DNA of 64,000 bases from Octopus vulgaris (GCA_951406725.2 OX597822.1:118792001-118856000); one strand, 5' to 3'; shown: positions 1-13,205, counted from the stretch's first letter. The notes: a model not told the origin generated them from the letters alone. Translations and numbers: made by a program.

Positions 1-1767
1 CAAGATGTTTGTGTATATGGTACTATGGTACAATATTTAGGTACTGTATGGACAAATTGTTTGTGTATATGGTACCATAGTACAATGTTAAGGTATTGTG
101 TGGACAAAATGTTTGTGTATATGGGACTATGGTACAATGTTAAGGTACTGTATGGACAAAATGTTTGTGTATATGGTACCAATGTACAATGTTAAGGTAC
201 TGTGTGGACAAAATGTTTGTGTATATGGTACTATGGTACAATGTTAAGGTACTGTATGGACAAAATGTTTGTGTATATGGTACCATAGTACAATGTTAAG
301 GTACTGTATGGACAAAATGTTTGTGTATATGGTACCATAGTACAATGTTAAGGTGCTGTGTGGACAAAATGTTTGTGTATATGGTACTATGGTACAATGT
401 TAAGGTACTGTGTGGGCAAAATGTTTGTGTATATGGTACTATGGTACAATGTTCAGGTACTGTGTGGACAAAATGTTTGTGTATATGGTACCATAATACA
501 ATGTTAAGGTACTGTATGGACAAAATGTTTGTGTAATGTGTACCATAGTACAATGTTAAGGTACTGTGTGGACAAAATGTTTGTGTATATGGTACTATGG
601 TACAATGTTAAGGTACCTTATGGACAAAATGTTTGTGTATATGGTACCATGGTACAATGTTAAGGTATCGTATGGACAAAATGTATGTGTATATGATACC
701 ATAGTACAATGTTAAGGTACCGTATGGACAAATGTTTGTGTATATGGTACCATAGTACAATGTTAAGGTACCATATGGACAAAATGTTTGTGTATATGGT
801 ATTATGGTATAATGTTAAGGTACTGTGTGGGCAAAATGTTTGTGTATATGGTACTATGGTACAATGTTAAGGTACGGTGTGGAGAAAATGTTTGTGTATA
901 TGGTACGATAGTACAATGTTAAGGTACTCTATGGACAAAATGTTTGTGTATATGGTCCCATAGTACAATGTTAAGGTACTGTGTGGACAAAATGTTTGTG
1001 TATATGGTACTATGGTACAATGTTAAGGTACTGTGTGGGCAAAATGTTTGTGTATATGGTACTATGGTACAATTTTAAGGTATTGTATGGACAAAATGTT
1101 TGTGTATATGGTACCATAGTACAATGTTAAGGTACTGTGTGGACAAAATGTTTGTGTATATGGTACTATGGTACAATGTTAATGTACTGTGTGGGCAAAA
1201 TTTTTGTGTATATGGTACCATAGTACAATGTTAAGGTACTGTATGGACAAAATGTTTGTGTATATGGTACCATAGTACAATGTTAAGGTACTGTGTGGAC
1301 AAAATGTTTGTGCATATGGTACTATGGTACAATGTTAAGGTACTGTGTGGGCAAAATGTTTGTGTATATGGTACTATGGTACAATTTTAAGGTATTGTAT
1401 GGACAAAATGTTTGTGTATATGGTACCATAGTACAATGTTAAGGTACTGTGTGGACAAAATGTTTGTGTATATGGTACTATGGTACAATGTTAATGTACT
1501 GTGTGGGCAAAATGTTTGTGTATATGGTACCATAGTACAATGTTAATGTACTGTATGGACAAAATGTTTGTGTATATGGTACCATAGTACAATGTTAAGG
1601 TACTGTGTGGACAAAATATTTGTGTATATGGTACTATGGTACAATGTTAAGGTACTGTGTGGGCAAAATGTTTGTGTATATGGTACTATGGTACAATTTT
1701 AAGGTACTGTGTGGACAAAATGTCTATGTATATGGTACCATGGTACAATGTTAAGGTACTGTGTGGG
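1..1767. repeat. 52-bp tandem minisatellite (about 34 units, continues off the left edge), presumably in the last intron of LDHD
   Basis: Unit GGACAAAATGTTTGTGTATATGGTAC(TATG/CATA)GTACAATGTTAAGGTACTGT(G/A)T recurs every 52 bp (e.g. GGAC at 102 and 154). Confidence 0.97.
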
Positions 1768-2106
1768 TGAAATTCTGCTTTATTCACTCCATGTAACCTG
1801 CCTCATAGCTTTTTTTTATTTTTTTGAATTTTCAGGTAAGTTTTGTGAATTTGTGTTCTACACATGGGAATTAATACAATTATGGAAAGAAGAGAAAAAA
1901 GATTTTCTTCGGTGATTTTTAGCACATCTCACAACCACCTCATACCATCCTTGTTTGTTTGTCACTCAATTATTGGTGGTTTTTCAATATCTTTCTGCTC
2001 TTGAACACATATAATGGTCTATTGTTGGAATTTAAACCAAAAATTCAGACTCCGTATTTTAAACTGATTTTTTAAAAGAAAATTTAAAAAACATTTTTCC
2101 ATAGTA

Positions 2107-2524
2107 GGCATAGGAGTGGCTGTGTGGTAAGTAGCTTACTTATCAACCACATGGTTCTGGGTTCAGTCCCACTGCATGGCACTTTGGGCAAGTGTCTTCT
2201 ACTATAGCCTCAGGCCGACCAAAGCCTTGTGAGTGGATTTGGTAGACGGAAACTGAAAGAAGCCCGTCATATATGTATATATATATATATGTATGTATGT
2301 GTGTGTATGTATATGTTAGTGTGTCTGTGTTTGTCCCCCCAACATCACTTGACAACTGATGCTAGTGTGTGTATGTCCCCGTAACTTAGCTGTTCGGCAA
2401 AAGAGACCGATAGAATATGTACTAGGCTTACAAAGAATAAGTCCTGGGGTTGACTTGTTCAACTAAAGGTGGTGCTCCAGCATGGCCACAGTCAAATGAC
2501 TGAAACAAGTAAAGAGTAAGAGTA
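2107..2524 (+). mobile_element. tRNA-derived SINE family A (internal (TA)/(TG) microsatellite, AAAGAGT tail)
   Basis: A-box-like TGGCTGTGTGGTAAG, B-box-like GGTTCAGTCCC, CORE-like TTGGGCAAGTG, internal microsatellite and 3' GACTGAAACAAGTAAAGAGT. At least 10 related copies in the window. Confidence 0.9.
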
Positions 2525-2832
2525 TTCCCTTGTGTAAACATGAATTTGTAAAAAGTTTCTGAAAATTAAAAAAAAAAAAGTTGTGAGGGGTTCCACTACT
2601 GTGTGTGTGTATGTGTGTGTGTGTGGTGTCATAGTGAAATGCTAAGATACTGTGTTTGTGTGTATGGCATCACAATGGAATGTTGTTGTGCTCATCATCA
2701 TCATCGTCGTTTAACATCTGCTTTCCATGCTGGCATGGGTTGTGATGCTATACATGAATATTATTATTTTAAAATGCAATTGTGTTAAGCATAACCAAAA
2801 TTATTTTTTGATGTTATTTTATTGTTTCCTAG

Positions 2833-3007
2833 GAGAGCTTTGGAACTCAATGGCACATGCACTGGAGAGCATGGAATTGGTCTTGGTAAACGGAAGTTAT
2901 TGACTCAAGAACTTGATGAGAACACCATTCAGGTGATGAAGGAAATGAAAAAAGCATTAGATCCCAACAACATCTTGAATCCTTCAAAAGTGTTGTTTCC
3001 ATCTTAA
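2833..3007 (+). CDS. LDHD: Terminal coding exon of probable mitochondrial D-lactate dehydrogenase (FAD-linked oxidase C-terminus)
   Basis: Polypyrimidine tract plus TAG acceptor at 2830-2832, then RALELNGTCTGEHGIGLGKRKLL...KALDPNNILNPSKVLFPS*. The GTCTGEHGIG and DP-x3-NP-K motifs match the LDHD C-terminus. Upstream exons lie outside the window. Confidence 0.88.
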
Positions 3008-3704
3008 ATAGTTTATGTCTGGAAAAAAACCCAAAGGTTTTTTTATATTTATTCCTGAAGTTACACTTTGTTAACTACCAGTTTGCTGGGACATTATAAT
3101 TAGGAGATTGTTGAATGTTATTATTTAATATTATATTCTAAGGAATTGTGTTTTAATTAATTATTAATGCACAGTCAACTAGTTATAGCTATGTGTACCC
3201 ACACACACACACACACTTACACCCAATGTTGTCACATACACAATGTATAAAATTATATACACAGTGATTTCTAGCTAGGAAATTTGAATACATATGATTT
3301 TAATTAAACAAAATATAGCAATCCGTATCAATTTTTGAAAGATATGAAGTTTTATTAATTTCATATTCTGGATTTTTTTCAGCTTTAAAAACATTGTTAT
3401 TGTAATAATCTTGAAAAAAAAAATGTTTTTTTACTTCACCAAAAACAAGAAAAAAAAAAAGAAATTAATTAATTTAAAATTTAATAAATTATTTTTACAA
3501 AAATACAACCATTATTAACTTGGATTTGATTTTGACAAAGATGTATGTTATGTTTTGAGTTCAAATTCTGTTAAAGTCAGTTTATTTTTCATCCTTCTGA
3601 GGTTGATAAAATAATTATCAGTTAAGCCCTGGAATGGATTTAAATGACTATTTTCTAAATTCTAATCTGTAGCCTTGTGCCATTTGTTTTCAAATAGTTG
3701 TAGA

Positions 3705-3921
3705 TATTTTTTGTTTTTTGTTTTTTTTTTTTTGTTTTTCCAGTTTCAGCTCTTGAGCTGTGGCCATGCTGGGGCACCGCCATTGTGGTGAAAGAGTACA
3801 GCAGGGATCACCACCCCCTGCCGGAGCCTCGTAGAGCTTTTTTTAGGTGTTTTCGCTCAATAAACACACACAACGCCCGGTCTGAGAATCGAAACCGCGA
3901 TCCTGCGACCGCGAGTCCGCT
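3705..3921 (-). mobile_element. Chimeric SINE: tRNA-Arg-like (family C) 5' half joined to a family-A-type 3' tail and A-rich tail
   Basis: 3784-3921 matches the family C copy at 52251. 3742-3783 resembles the family A 3' end (GGCGGTGCyCCAGCATGGCC...GAAAC). Confidence 0.7.
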
Positions 3922-4032
3922 ACCTCAGATTTCTCATAATTTTTTAAAAATATAAATTGATATCTTTTTTTTTTTTTTTTCAAAATACTGAAATACTGTT
4001 CAGAAACAATGAGCAATAAGTCGTGCATAAAA

Positions 4033-4246
4033 TGTTGGTTTCAAATTTCGACACAAAGCCAGCAATTTCTGGGGTTGGGGTAAGTTGTTTACATCGACCC
4101 CAGTCTTCAACTGGTACTTATTTTATCAACCTCCCAAAAAAATGAGAGGCAAAGTCAACCTTGATGGAATTTGAACTCAGAAATGGATAAAATGCTGCTA
4201 TGCATTTCACCTGGTCTGCTAATGATTCTCCCAGCTCACTGCCTTA
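4033..4246 (-). mobile_element. SINE family B (Deu/Nin-like central domain), diverged copy
   Basis: Minus strand has GAGTTCAAATTCC...GTTGACTTTGCCT...GATAAAATAAGTACCAG...CTGGGGTCGATG. Many further copies (10030-10395, 30545-30905, 32975-33175, 35975-36400, 42490-43056, 44420-45030, 50895-51085). Confidence 0.8.
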
Positions 4247-4400
4247 GCCAGGAACAAAATACCCATATTGTGTCATCCATTTAACTCCCTGTTAAACTAA
4301 CTAAAAACATTGTTCCCTTCAATTAAGTGGAGAATTTCATGTGAAATCATTATTTTTTTACTTTTCAATTTGTTCAGTGATAAATGTTTTAAATAATGAA

Positions 4401-5072
4401 ATGGAACAAACTGCCGGCATCAGTTGTTAGTTGTCGGAGCACTGCATCCTTCAAAACTTCCATGCTTCCTGAGATTCGCCAACACTACACCTGATTTTCT
4501 CCCCTCCATACACACACAAGCATGTATCTGACTCATACACTGTTCGCTTCCCAGACATTTGTACATTACTGCATATGCTTTATATGCACTTTCTGACAAG
4601 TTGTGGTGCACCTGAGCACTGTATACAATAATTTCATTATTGTTATTAGACTGGACAACTGAAGTAGTCAGCAACTTAGATATCAGAACGAAAAATTATT
4701 AACCATCTTACAAACAATAACTCTGAGCACCTTTTCAAACTCCACCCGTCTAACACCTGTGGACATATTTACAAAGTCAGAAAACAGCACAGCTCCCATG
4801 ACTTTCGGAAACATTTTTTCACGCTGAGAGTTGCTGAAGCATGGAACAAACTGCCGGCATCAGTTGTTAGTTGTTGGAGCACTGCATCCTTCAAAACTTC
4901 CATGCTTCCTGAGATTCGCCAACACTACACCTGATTTTCTCCCCTCCATACACACACAAGCATGTATCTGACTCATGCACTGTTCGCTTTCCAGACATTT
5001 GTACATTACTGCATAGGCTTTATACACACTTTTGACAAGTTGTGGTGCACCTGAGCTCTGTATACAATAATT

Positions 5073-5112
<40 letters not shown>
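4401..5112 (+). mobile_element. Two tandem 3' ends of a CR1/L2-like LINE with (ATT)n tails
   Basis: Near-identical to the 3' end of the LINE at 31215-31950 (encodes FFTLRVAEAWNKLPASVV). Two copies, 4401-4648 and about 4693-5112. Confidence 0.85.
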
Positions 5113-5113
<1 letters not shown>

Positions 5114-5574
5114 TAAAATGGAGTTTAAAATATTTCACAAAAATCAGGTGGTGGTGGCTGTGGTGGTGGCAGCAGAGGTGGTGGCAGTAGTGATGGTATA
5201 CTGAATGATGTACACAACAAATTCATACCATTAACCTACTTCAGTTATTTCCCTTAGTTCATTTTTCTTTTAATTAGTTGAAAGATTTTGTTTTTATAAG
5301 GTGTGCTTTTCTGCTTAACTCATCAGTGCCCACGGTCCTTCTTTTAGGACCAGAAGGATAACCCATCATATTTCTGCAACACCTGTATATTTTCTGAGGT
5401 ATCTTTAGTTAGTCATCAAGACTGGAATGTCTTTCAAATATTGTAATAAATTTTTTTTATATATTTAGTATCAGATGAAGTTGTATAAAAAAGATTTTTG
5501 GTAATAAATTAAATAAAACTAATTGGGCACTAATGGACTAACACTATCAAATATAAACATTGATGTTCAAGGAC

Positions 5575-6000
5575 ATCATCATCATCATCATCATTTAACG
5601 TCCGTTTTCCATGCTAGCATGGGTTGGACAGTTCGACAGGGGTCTGGTAAGCCATGGAGGCTGCACCAGGCTCCAGTCTGATCTGGCAGTATTTCTACAG
5701 CTGGATGCCCTTCCTAACGCCAACCACTCTGTGAGTGTAGTGGGTGTTTTTTACGTGCCACCGGCACAGGAGCCAGAGCAGGCTAGCAAATGGCCATGAT
5801 CAGTTGGTGCTTTTATGTGTCACCAACATGGACACCAGTCAGGCGGCGCTGGCATCTGCCACAATCGGACGGTGCTTTTTACATGTCACCGGCACGAGTA
5901 TCTTAACTACAATTTACATTTGATTTTTATTTTGATATTGGTGTTGACGTACTTGACTCAATAGGTCTCCTCAAGAACAGCGGGTCACTCTATGGTCCAA
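5575..6000 (-). mobile_element. 5'-truncated RTE-LINE 3' UTR (family with (GAT)n tail)
   Basis: CATCATC-TTTAACGTCCG...GGATGCCCTTCCTAACGCCAACCAC motif. The same UTR follows RTE coding sequence at 12414-13205 and 27835-28651. Other fragments at 6320-6574, 6975-7190, 8480-8785, 13222-13477, 23090-23320, 39602-39915 and 63340-63503. Confidence 0.8.
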
Positions 6001-7499
6001 GGTGTAGTATAATTGTTTATCTTACTTTTGGTTCCTTTCCTTGGTAAAAATGAACTCAGAAATGAAGATCGTAAAAGTTAAGTTTTGTTGATAAGTGATT
6101 ATAAAGTTATTCAAAAGCTGTCAAGGTTCATTTTCATCATTTCATGGTTTCTGTTTTCTATTTTAGATTTTGTTATTTTCTTTCTCATTCACTATAGTTA
6201 CCAGACACTGCTGAAATGATCCTAGTTTGCATAACTAAAATGGTTATAAACCATTTATCTCTTGAATAGGATGCCATTCTATTGTAGAATTTATCCCTCT
6301 GCCAAAGAAGACTGGCCTGCAAGAGCCCAGTGCTGGTGCTATGTAAAAAGATCTCATGCGGGTATCAAGTAAAAGCTCCTGTGCTGATGCCACGTAAAAA
6401 GCACCCAGCACACTCTATAAAGTGGTTGGCATTAGGAAGGGCGTCAAGCTGTAGAAACCATACCAAAACAAACAATTGGAACCTGGGTAGCTCTCCTGCT
6501 TGCCAGCTCTGGTCAATCCATTCAACCCATGCCAGCATGGAAAACGGACATTAAATAATGATGATGATGATGATGGTAGACTTGATCTCAAGACTGCAAG
6601 CTAACAGAACATTGTCATAAAATCATCTTGCCTATCTCAGTAAATTATGCCTTTGGTCACCGAATAATCAAACGTCTTTACCAGGGCTATATTACAATGC
6701 CAGTGATGGGACATGAATTGTCAACACTTTCAGGTGGCAGAGTATGAGACTCGTGCATGACTGAGTGTCTTCTAAGAGAAGAAAACATAACTGTGGTGGA
6801 GTTCCAGTCAGTGGCTAAATACATTTTTTTCTGACTTTCTTCAACTAATGTTTCTCTAGTTCATTTCACTTTTCAGTTTTATAATATTTTGTAAATGTGC
6901 AATGAGTTGTATGATTACTTTTTCTCAAATCATTTACCTTGTCTTTAGAAATGAAAACATTAAAAAATATATATCATCACCATCATCATTTAATGCCTGA
7001 CTTCCATGTTGGATTGAGTTGTGGACTCAAATTCTGATGACTCTGAGGATTGTGTCATACTCCAACGTCTACTTTAGCATGGTTTCTGTGGCTGGATGCC
7101 CTTCCTAGTGCCAACCACTTAGCAAAGTTTATTGGGAGCTTTCTTTAATGGCATCAACTCTAGTGATGACTGCCTCATAGCTTACAAGTCTAAACTCCTT
7201 AAATAACTCCTTTAACTGAGGGAGAAAAGAAGAGAGAGGAGGTGGTGATCTTAGTCAGATGGGTGAAGGAATGATAAGAGGAGTGGATGAGGGAGTATGA
7301 CAGCAAACATAGGAAAGAAAAGGGATTAGCAACAGGGTTGAGAAAAAAAAAGGGTAGGAGTATAAAGGTGAGTGAGTGGGTTGTGTAAGGGGACAGCTAG
7401 GTCTATCCAACATTGTAAGAGTATGGACTGAAGGTAAGAGGGAAAGGAACCTAGAAGGGAACAATTGACAGGGAGAGAGTGACAGATTACCTGCAGCAA

Positions 7500-8255
7500 G
7501 CCCCATGCAGAAGATTCAATATTGTATAGCGATGCACTGTTCAAAACATGGTAAATAACTCCTGTAGCTACTACATTGGTTCTAGCACCAATTTTAAACA
7601 AAGGTGTTATGCACATTCAAACTCATTTAAATATAAGGAGAATAGCAATTCCACATCACTAGCCATCCACGTACACTATCTAATTAATAGAAAAATACAG
7701 TATAAACTTTCCTGGGCTATAATTGATTTGGGTACCCCATATCAGGGCCAGCACTCCAGTTGTGGACTTTGCTTAAAAGAGTCATTGAAATATATTTATA
7801 AATTTAAATTTATGTATGAAGTAAAAACAGCTCTAGTTTCATGAATATTATTAAATACATATACTAGTGTATATGCTTTGTGTCTTTTCCAGTGGCTGCA
7901 ATGGTATAGCGGAGTAATATAAACTCTCCTGCCATGGGTGTTAAAACACCTTTACCTGTCCATGACTAAGGTGTTTCAACACCAGCAACATGAGAGTTTA
8001 TATACTCCGCTACACCATTGCAGCAATCAGAAAATACACAAAGCATGTCTGGCAGTCGCCATGATAGATCAGTAGCCACTACACACATTTTTTTCTCTCC
8101 TTGTTTTTTTCTGTGTCCCTTTCTGTAGAAGAGCGTAGGCTCAAAATGTAAAAGACTTTTTCTATTCCTGAGCATTATACTAATACATCTGTTTGTTTTG
8201 TACACCACCTGTCTTCTTCGTCTTTTGTTTTTTTCGTAAACTCTCCCCATATACA
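7500..8255 (+). mobile_element. Penelope-like element 3' fragment: GIY-YIG endonuclease remnant, inverted repeat and pseudo-LTR
   Basis: ORF 7548-7844 reads YYIGSSTNFKQRCYAHSNSF...STSLAIHV...SWAII...CGLCLKE, typical of PLE GIY-YIG. It is followed by a hairpin (7872-8046) and a decayed hammerhead motif (8119-8154). Confidence 0.8.
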
Positions 8256-8789
8256 TTAGTATATGTATTAAATAATATAAATTTAAATCTTTCTCTTGCT
8301 CTTCCCGTTAGCTGGGTAACAATGCATCTCCTCTACAACAACACACCTTTTTCTGTCCTTTCTCTCTCTCTCTACCTCCTACAGCAAGACACCTGTTTCT
8401 ATCTCTCTGTCTCACTCTAACCTTTCATCATCTGACACAAGACCACCTTCGCCAATGCCCCCTCCCCATTCCAAAGGATCTTTGTCGTGCAAGTTTCTTG
8501 GTGAACCTGTCAGTGCTGGTGCCATGTGAAAAGCCTCCAGTCTATACTGTAAAGTGGTTGGAATTTGGAAGGGCATCCACCTGTAAAAACCAAGCCAAAA
8601 CTGACTTTGCCTGTGCCACTTAAAAAGCATTCAGTCCACTCTGCAGGGTGGTTGGTGTTGGTAAGGGCATCCAACCATAAAAAGCCATGCCAAAACAGAC
8701 ACAGAAGTCTGCTGCAGTCTACTGCCTGGATATCTCCCGTGAAACCATCTAACCCATGTTAGCATGGAAAGCAGATGTTAAACAATCTC

Positions 8790-9190
8790 TTTTTACTCTC
8801 TTTTACTCTTTTACTTGTTTCAGTCCTTTGACTGCGGCCATGCTGGAGCACCACCTTTAGTCAAGCAAATCGACCCCAGGACTTATTCTTTGTAAGCCTA
8901 GTACTTATTCTATCGGTCTCTTTTGCTGAACCGCTAAGTTACAGGGACGTAAACACACCAGCATCGGTTGTCAAGTGATGTTGGGGGGACAAACACAGAC
9001 ACACAAACACATATATATACATATATACGATGGGCTTCTTTCAGTTTCCGTTTACCAAATCCACTCTCAAGGCTTTGGTCGGCCTGAGGCTATAGTAGAA
9101 GACACTTGCCCAAGGTGCCATGCAGTGGGACTGAACCCAGAACCATGTGGCTGGTAAGCAAGCTATCTACCACACAGCCACTCCTGCGCC
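8790..9190 (-). mobile_element. SINE family A, full length
   Basis: Reverse complement of the 2107-2524 element. Further copies at 17207-17615(+), 25977-26390(+), 28972-29345(+), 33386-33670(-), 35126-35550(-), 41660-42050(-), 48462-48900(+) and 53367-53767(-). Confidence 0.9.
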
Positions 9191-10894
9191 TATGCATATA
9201 CATGCACACACATAAACATACATACCCATACTCACACAATTATATGCACATACATGAACACAATTTTTTTTTTATGTATGAAACAAAAAAGAAAAGGATT
9301 AAGTAAATAAAGAACTCAATAGCATTATAAAGTTAAATATTTATTTTCTAAACACTGAACTTGAAGTTTTGCCAAACAAAGCTTTTCAGGCTGGTAAATG
9401 AATAGAGATTTTTGTTACATATAAAGGCATGTTATGGATGTTGATGAGAAAAATAGTCATAATGGGAAAAATAGAATTATCATACAAAATTAAAATAACA
9501 ATGATGGACCAACAGAAATGGCCAAAGTGAAGTTTTTCTGATTCCATGTAGGGTGAAAATTGAGTTGTTGGTAGATGAAATTATAAAAAAAAGGTCTTTT
9601 GTTTTAATAATCTTAGGGAAGACTTAAAAAAGGTATTCAAAGTTAAGGCTGAGACAATTTAGCACAATCTCAATAAATGATTTTGGTTATAAAGTTGTAA
9701 AAATGATTTTGGTTGTAAAGTTGTAAAAATTTAGTAGTATTAAAGTGAAAAGTTGAATTTTTTTTTTTTAAAAAAGAAGCTATTTACAAAATTGTACTAT
9801 TATAAATATTTTAATTGAAATTAATTAATTTTACAACAATTTGGGTATTAGAAATGGATGTCAGTGTTAGGATATAATAAAATTATTTCTAATATGAAAA
9901 AGATCATAAATTGACATTAATTAAATTGACATTAATTAAAAAAGTTTTAATCAAGAACAACTATTAATTTAACAACAAATATTTTTTCATTTGTTAAAAA
10001 TACATTTGAGTAAATAGTTCTCTCAACTATAGGCACAAAGGTCGGATATTTTGGGGATGAATAGCAAAGTTGACCTCAACAGAATTTGAACTCAGAAACA
10101 TTAAGCCGGAAGAAATGCCACCAAACATTTTGTCCAGCTTGCTAACAGTTCTGCCAGCTTGCTGCCTAATATATATGTAAATAATGGTTTCAAATTTTGA
10201 CACAAGGTCACCATGTTTGGGGAAAGGGGTAAGTCAATTACATCGACCCCCAGTACTCAACTGGTACTTATTTTATCAACCCCAAAAGGATGAAAGGCAA
10301 AGACAACCTAGGCTGAATTTGAACTCAGAATGTGAAGACAGATGAAATGCTGCCAAACGTTTTGCCTGGCATGCTAATGATTCTGCCAGCTCCCCACCTG
10401 GGATTTGAACATTTAACATACAAGTGAACACTAATAAAATCAATATTTGGTTCCTATTATTGGCATCGATTTTATTATACCATGTGATGCGTATAAACAG
10501 GTAACAGGAAAAAGCAAGAATTGCAAAAGACAGAAATAAGACAATTTTTATCCAAGTTTGTGATTATTTGTTCTGTTAGAAGGACTAAAACTAAAAATCT
10601 GGTTTAAAAGTAAACTGACCATTGGGAAATAGAAAATAGAATTATTTTTAGTTATCATCGATTTTATATTCACTTTCCCATGCTTGCATGGGTCAGACAG
10701 AATCTGTTGGACCAAATTATTTTAAGGTCAGACCCCTTCTTGTCACCAATCTTCAACTATTTCCAGGTAAAGTAATATCTCTCCATGGCTGGACATTCTT
10801 ACACAGAAGGTTGGAAACGAAGGACACTGCTTCTTTGATGGTGGCACTTGTTTATGACTATGGCACTATGTCAAGACACACACACATGCAGATA

Positions 10895-11095
10895 CAGGGT
10901 GTGACAGAAAAACTCCCTATATTCAACATAGCTGTTTGTATGGTGCTAGTGGACTTGGGCTGGCGGTAGTACTGCCCTAAAGTTTATACCATTTCATTTT
11001 CAGTTGCCATCAACATTTGGACTGGTGCCCTGCATGCACTTGCTGTTGAAATATTTATCAGCCTATAAAATGTGTGGAGTTTTTTGCCATGCCCT
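10895..11095. mobile_element. Tc1/mariner-type MITE, diverged
   Basis: TA-CAGGGTGTGACAGAAAAACTCC ... GGAGTTTTTTGCCATGCCCTA-TA imperfect TIRs. A related element lies at about 52632-52836. Confidence 0.55.
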
Positions 11096-11132
<37 letters not shown>

Positions 11133-12413
11133 CATACATATATAGTTTCCATGATTTGTCAAATGTGATGTGTATTGCTTATGTATTCACATTAATTTGA
11201 TTAATCAGGAATTTTCCTGCAGGTTTGAGATTTTGATGATGCAACTCTTTATTTTGAGAATAAAAGTGTAGGGTCAACAAGAGAAGCGAGATTTCACCAA
11301 TTTGAACGTGAAACAGCAAGAATATTTGGGCCAGATATGGTCAGTTTAAATGCTAAAGGGTGAATAAAATTTGATACAAGTAGGTAATATGTTTTTAAGT
11401 ACAATTGGAGATAATGTGATATCCTTCACACTGCAAACTTAAAAGTTTGATATGTTATTTGCTTAAATCCATAAATGAAAGAAATTGGTGGTGAGACACT
11501 TCATTAACTAATTTATTGCATAACAAAGTTTGTGCAAGAGTTTCATAAAGTCAATTGTTGCGAGGAATGCAGAACGTAAGATTGAAACCAGGGTGTTCAG
11601 TTATGTCCCTTTAATTTTAAAATTTAACTTGTTGTTATGAAAGTTTGGTGATGACTAAAAGAGTATGATCGAGAATGCATGTGGCTGAAATGGGGTTCCC
11701 CTGAAGGGTCTCTGGAGTAACATTACCCGACAGGGTGCATAGTTCAGATTTTAGGGAGTCTCTCCCAGTGAACTTCTCTATTTTGAGAGATCACAGCTCT
11801 GGTACTAAGGACATTGATTACAGTGACACATGAAAGAATTACACGATGGAGTCTTCAAGCTAAGCCAACCAACCGGCAGGGGACCTAGAGATAGACCTAG
11901 AGATAGACCAAGAGATAGACCTAGAGATAGACCAAGAACAAGATGGTTGGATAATAGCCATAACTTCAGTTGACCATGCTTGGGAATCCAGCCAGAAAGT
12001 GTAATGAGGGTTGCATTTGATAAGATTTGATGGAGGAGGTGTCTGAGGAGTCTAACCTTACAGTTCTCTCTGGGACAGAGAAGATGGGTTTGGAAAACAG
12101 GAATTAATAAAGTACAAGACTCAAATATGAACAGCACTAACATGTACTGGGACCGAGAAAGTTGACTAAATTCCTGAAGGTGCTGCCACTGTATAGCTGC
12201 ATAGAACCATTAAATGCAAAATAAAGAATGTTAACTTTGTTGGATGTTGCCTGTGTTTAGCACACCTTAACCCTTTTGTGACCAAATTTCTTTTGAAATA
12301 AACGACGTTTGTTTGAATAAATCTAGTAAACAAGGAATAATTTAGTAAAATTACTAAAATAACTTTGTCATAATTAAGCTGGTGTTTGGAACAATTTTAC
12401 ACTAAATTTTAAT

Positions 12414-13205
12414 CATCATCATCATCATCATCATCGTTTAACGTCCGCTTTCCATGCTAGCATGGGTTGGACGGTTCAACTGGGGTCTGGGAAGCCCGAA
12501 GGCTGCACCAGGCCAGTCAGATGTGGCAGTGTTTCTACAGCTAGATGCCCTTCCTAACGCCAACCACTCCGAGAGTGTAGTGGGTGATTTTATGTGCCAC
12601 CGACACAGGTGCCAGACGAGGCTGGCAGACGGCCACGCTCGGATGGTGTTTTTTATGTGCCACCGACACAGGTGCCAGACGAGGCTGGCAGACGGCCACG
12701 CTCGGATGGTGTTTTCTTATGTGTCACCGACACAGGTGCCAGACGAGGCTGGCGGACGGCCACGCTCGGATGGTGTTTGTTACGTGCCCTCAGCACGGAG
12801 GCCAGTCATTGCGGTACTGGCTACGGTCACGTTCGGATGGTTTTCTTATGTGCCACCGGCACTGGTACCACAAGGATACAAATTCCATTGATGTTCATCT
12901 ATTTTGATTTGGTTCGATTTGATTCGATACGATTCGATTCTCACTTGCCTCAACAGGTCTTCACAAGTGTCACAAGAAGGAAGGTATGCACAGGTGGACT
13001 GACTACATCCCAGGTAGGGGCCACGGATTATGGCTTCACTAGTCTTGCCGGGTCTTCTCACGCACAGCATACTTCCATAGGTCTCGGTCTCTAGTCATTT
13101 CCATGGTGAGACCTAACGTCCGAAGGTCGTGCTTCACCACCTCGTCCCAGGTTTTCCTGGGTCTACCTCTTCCACGGGTTCCCTCAACTGCTAGGGATTG
13201 GCACT
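12414..13205 (-). mobile_element. RTE-clade LINE 3' end (ORF C-terminus plus 3' UTR with about 62-bp internal tandem repeats)
   Basis: Minus strand 12985-13200 encodes ..VEGTRGRGRPRKTWDEVVKHDLRTLGL..DRDLWKYAV. Three near-identical repeats at about 12590-12780. (GAT)n tail. Confidence 0.85.

Noticed and set aside
1-1767. Regular repeat that superficially resembles a CRISPR array
   Set aside because: The units are contiguous with no unique spacers, the context is eukaryotic, and there are no cas genes.
12454-13094. Overlapping 107-166-aa ORFs with internal repeats
   Set aside because: They are antisense readings of the tandemly repeated RTE 3' UTR.
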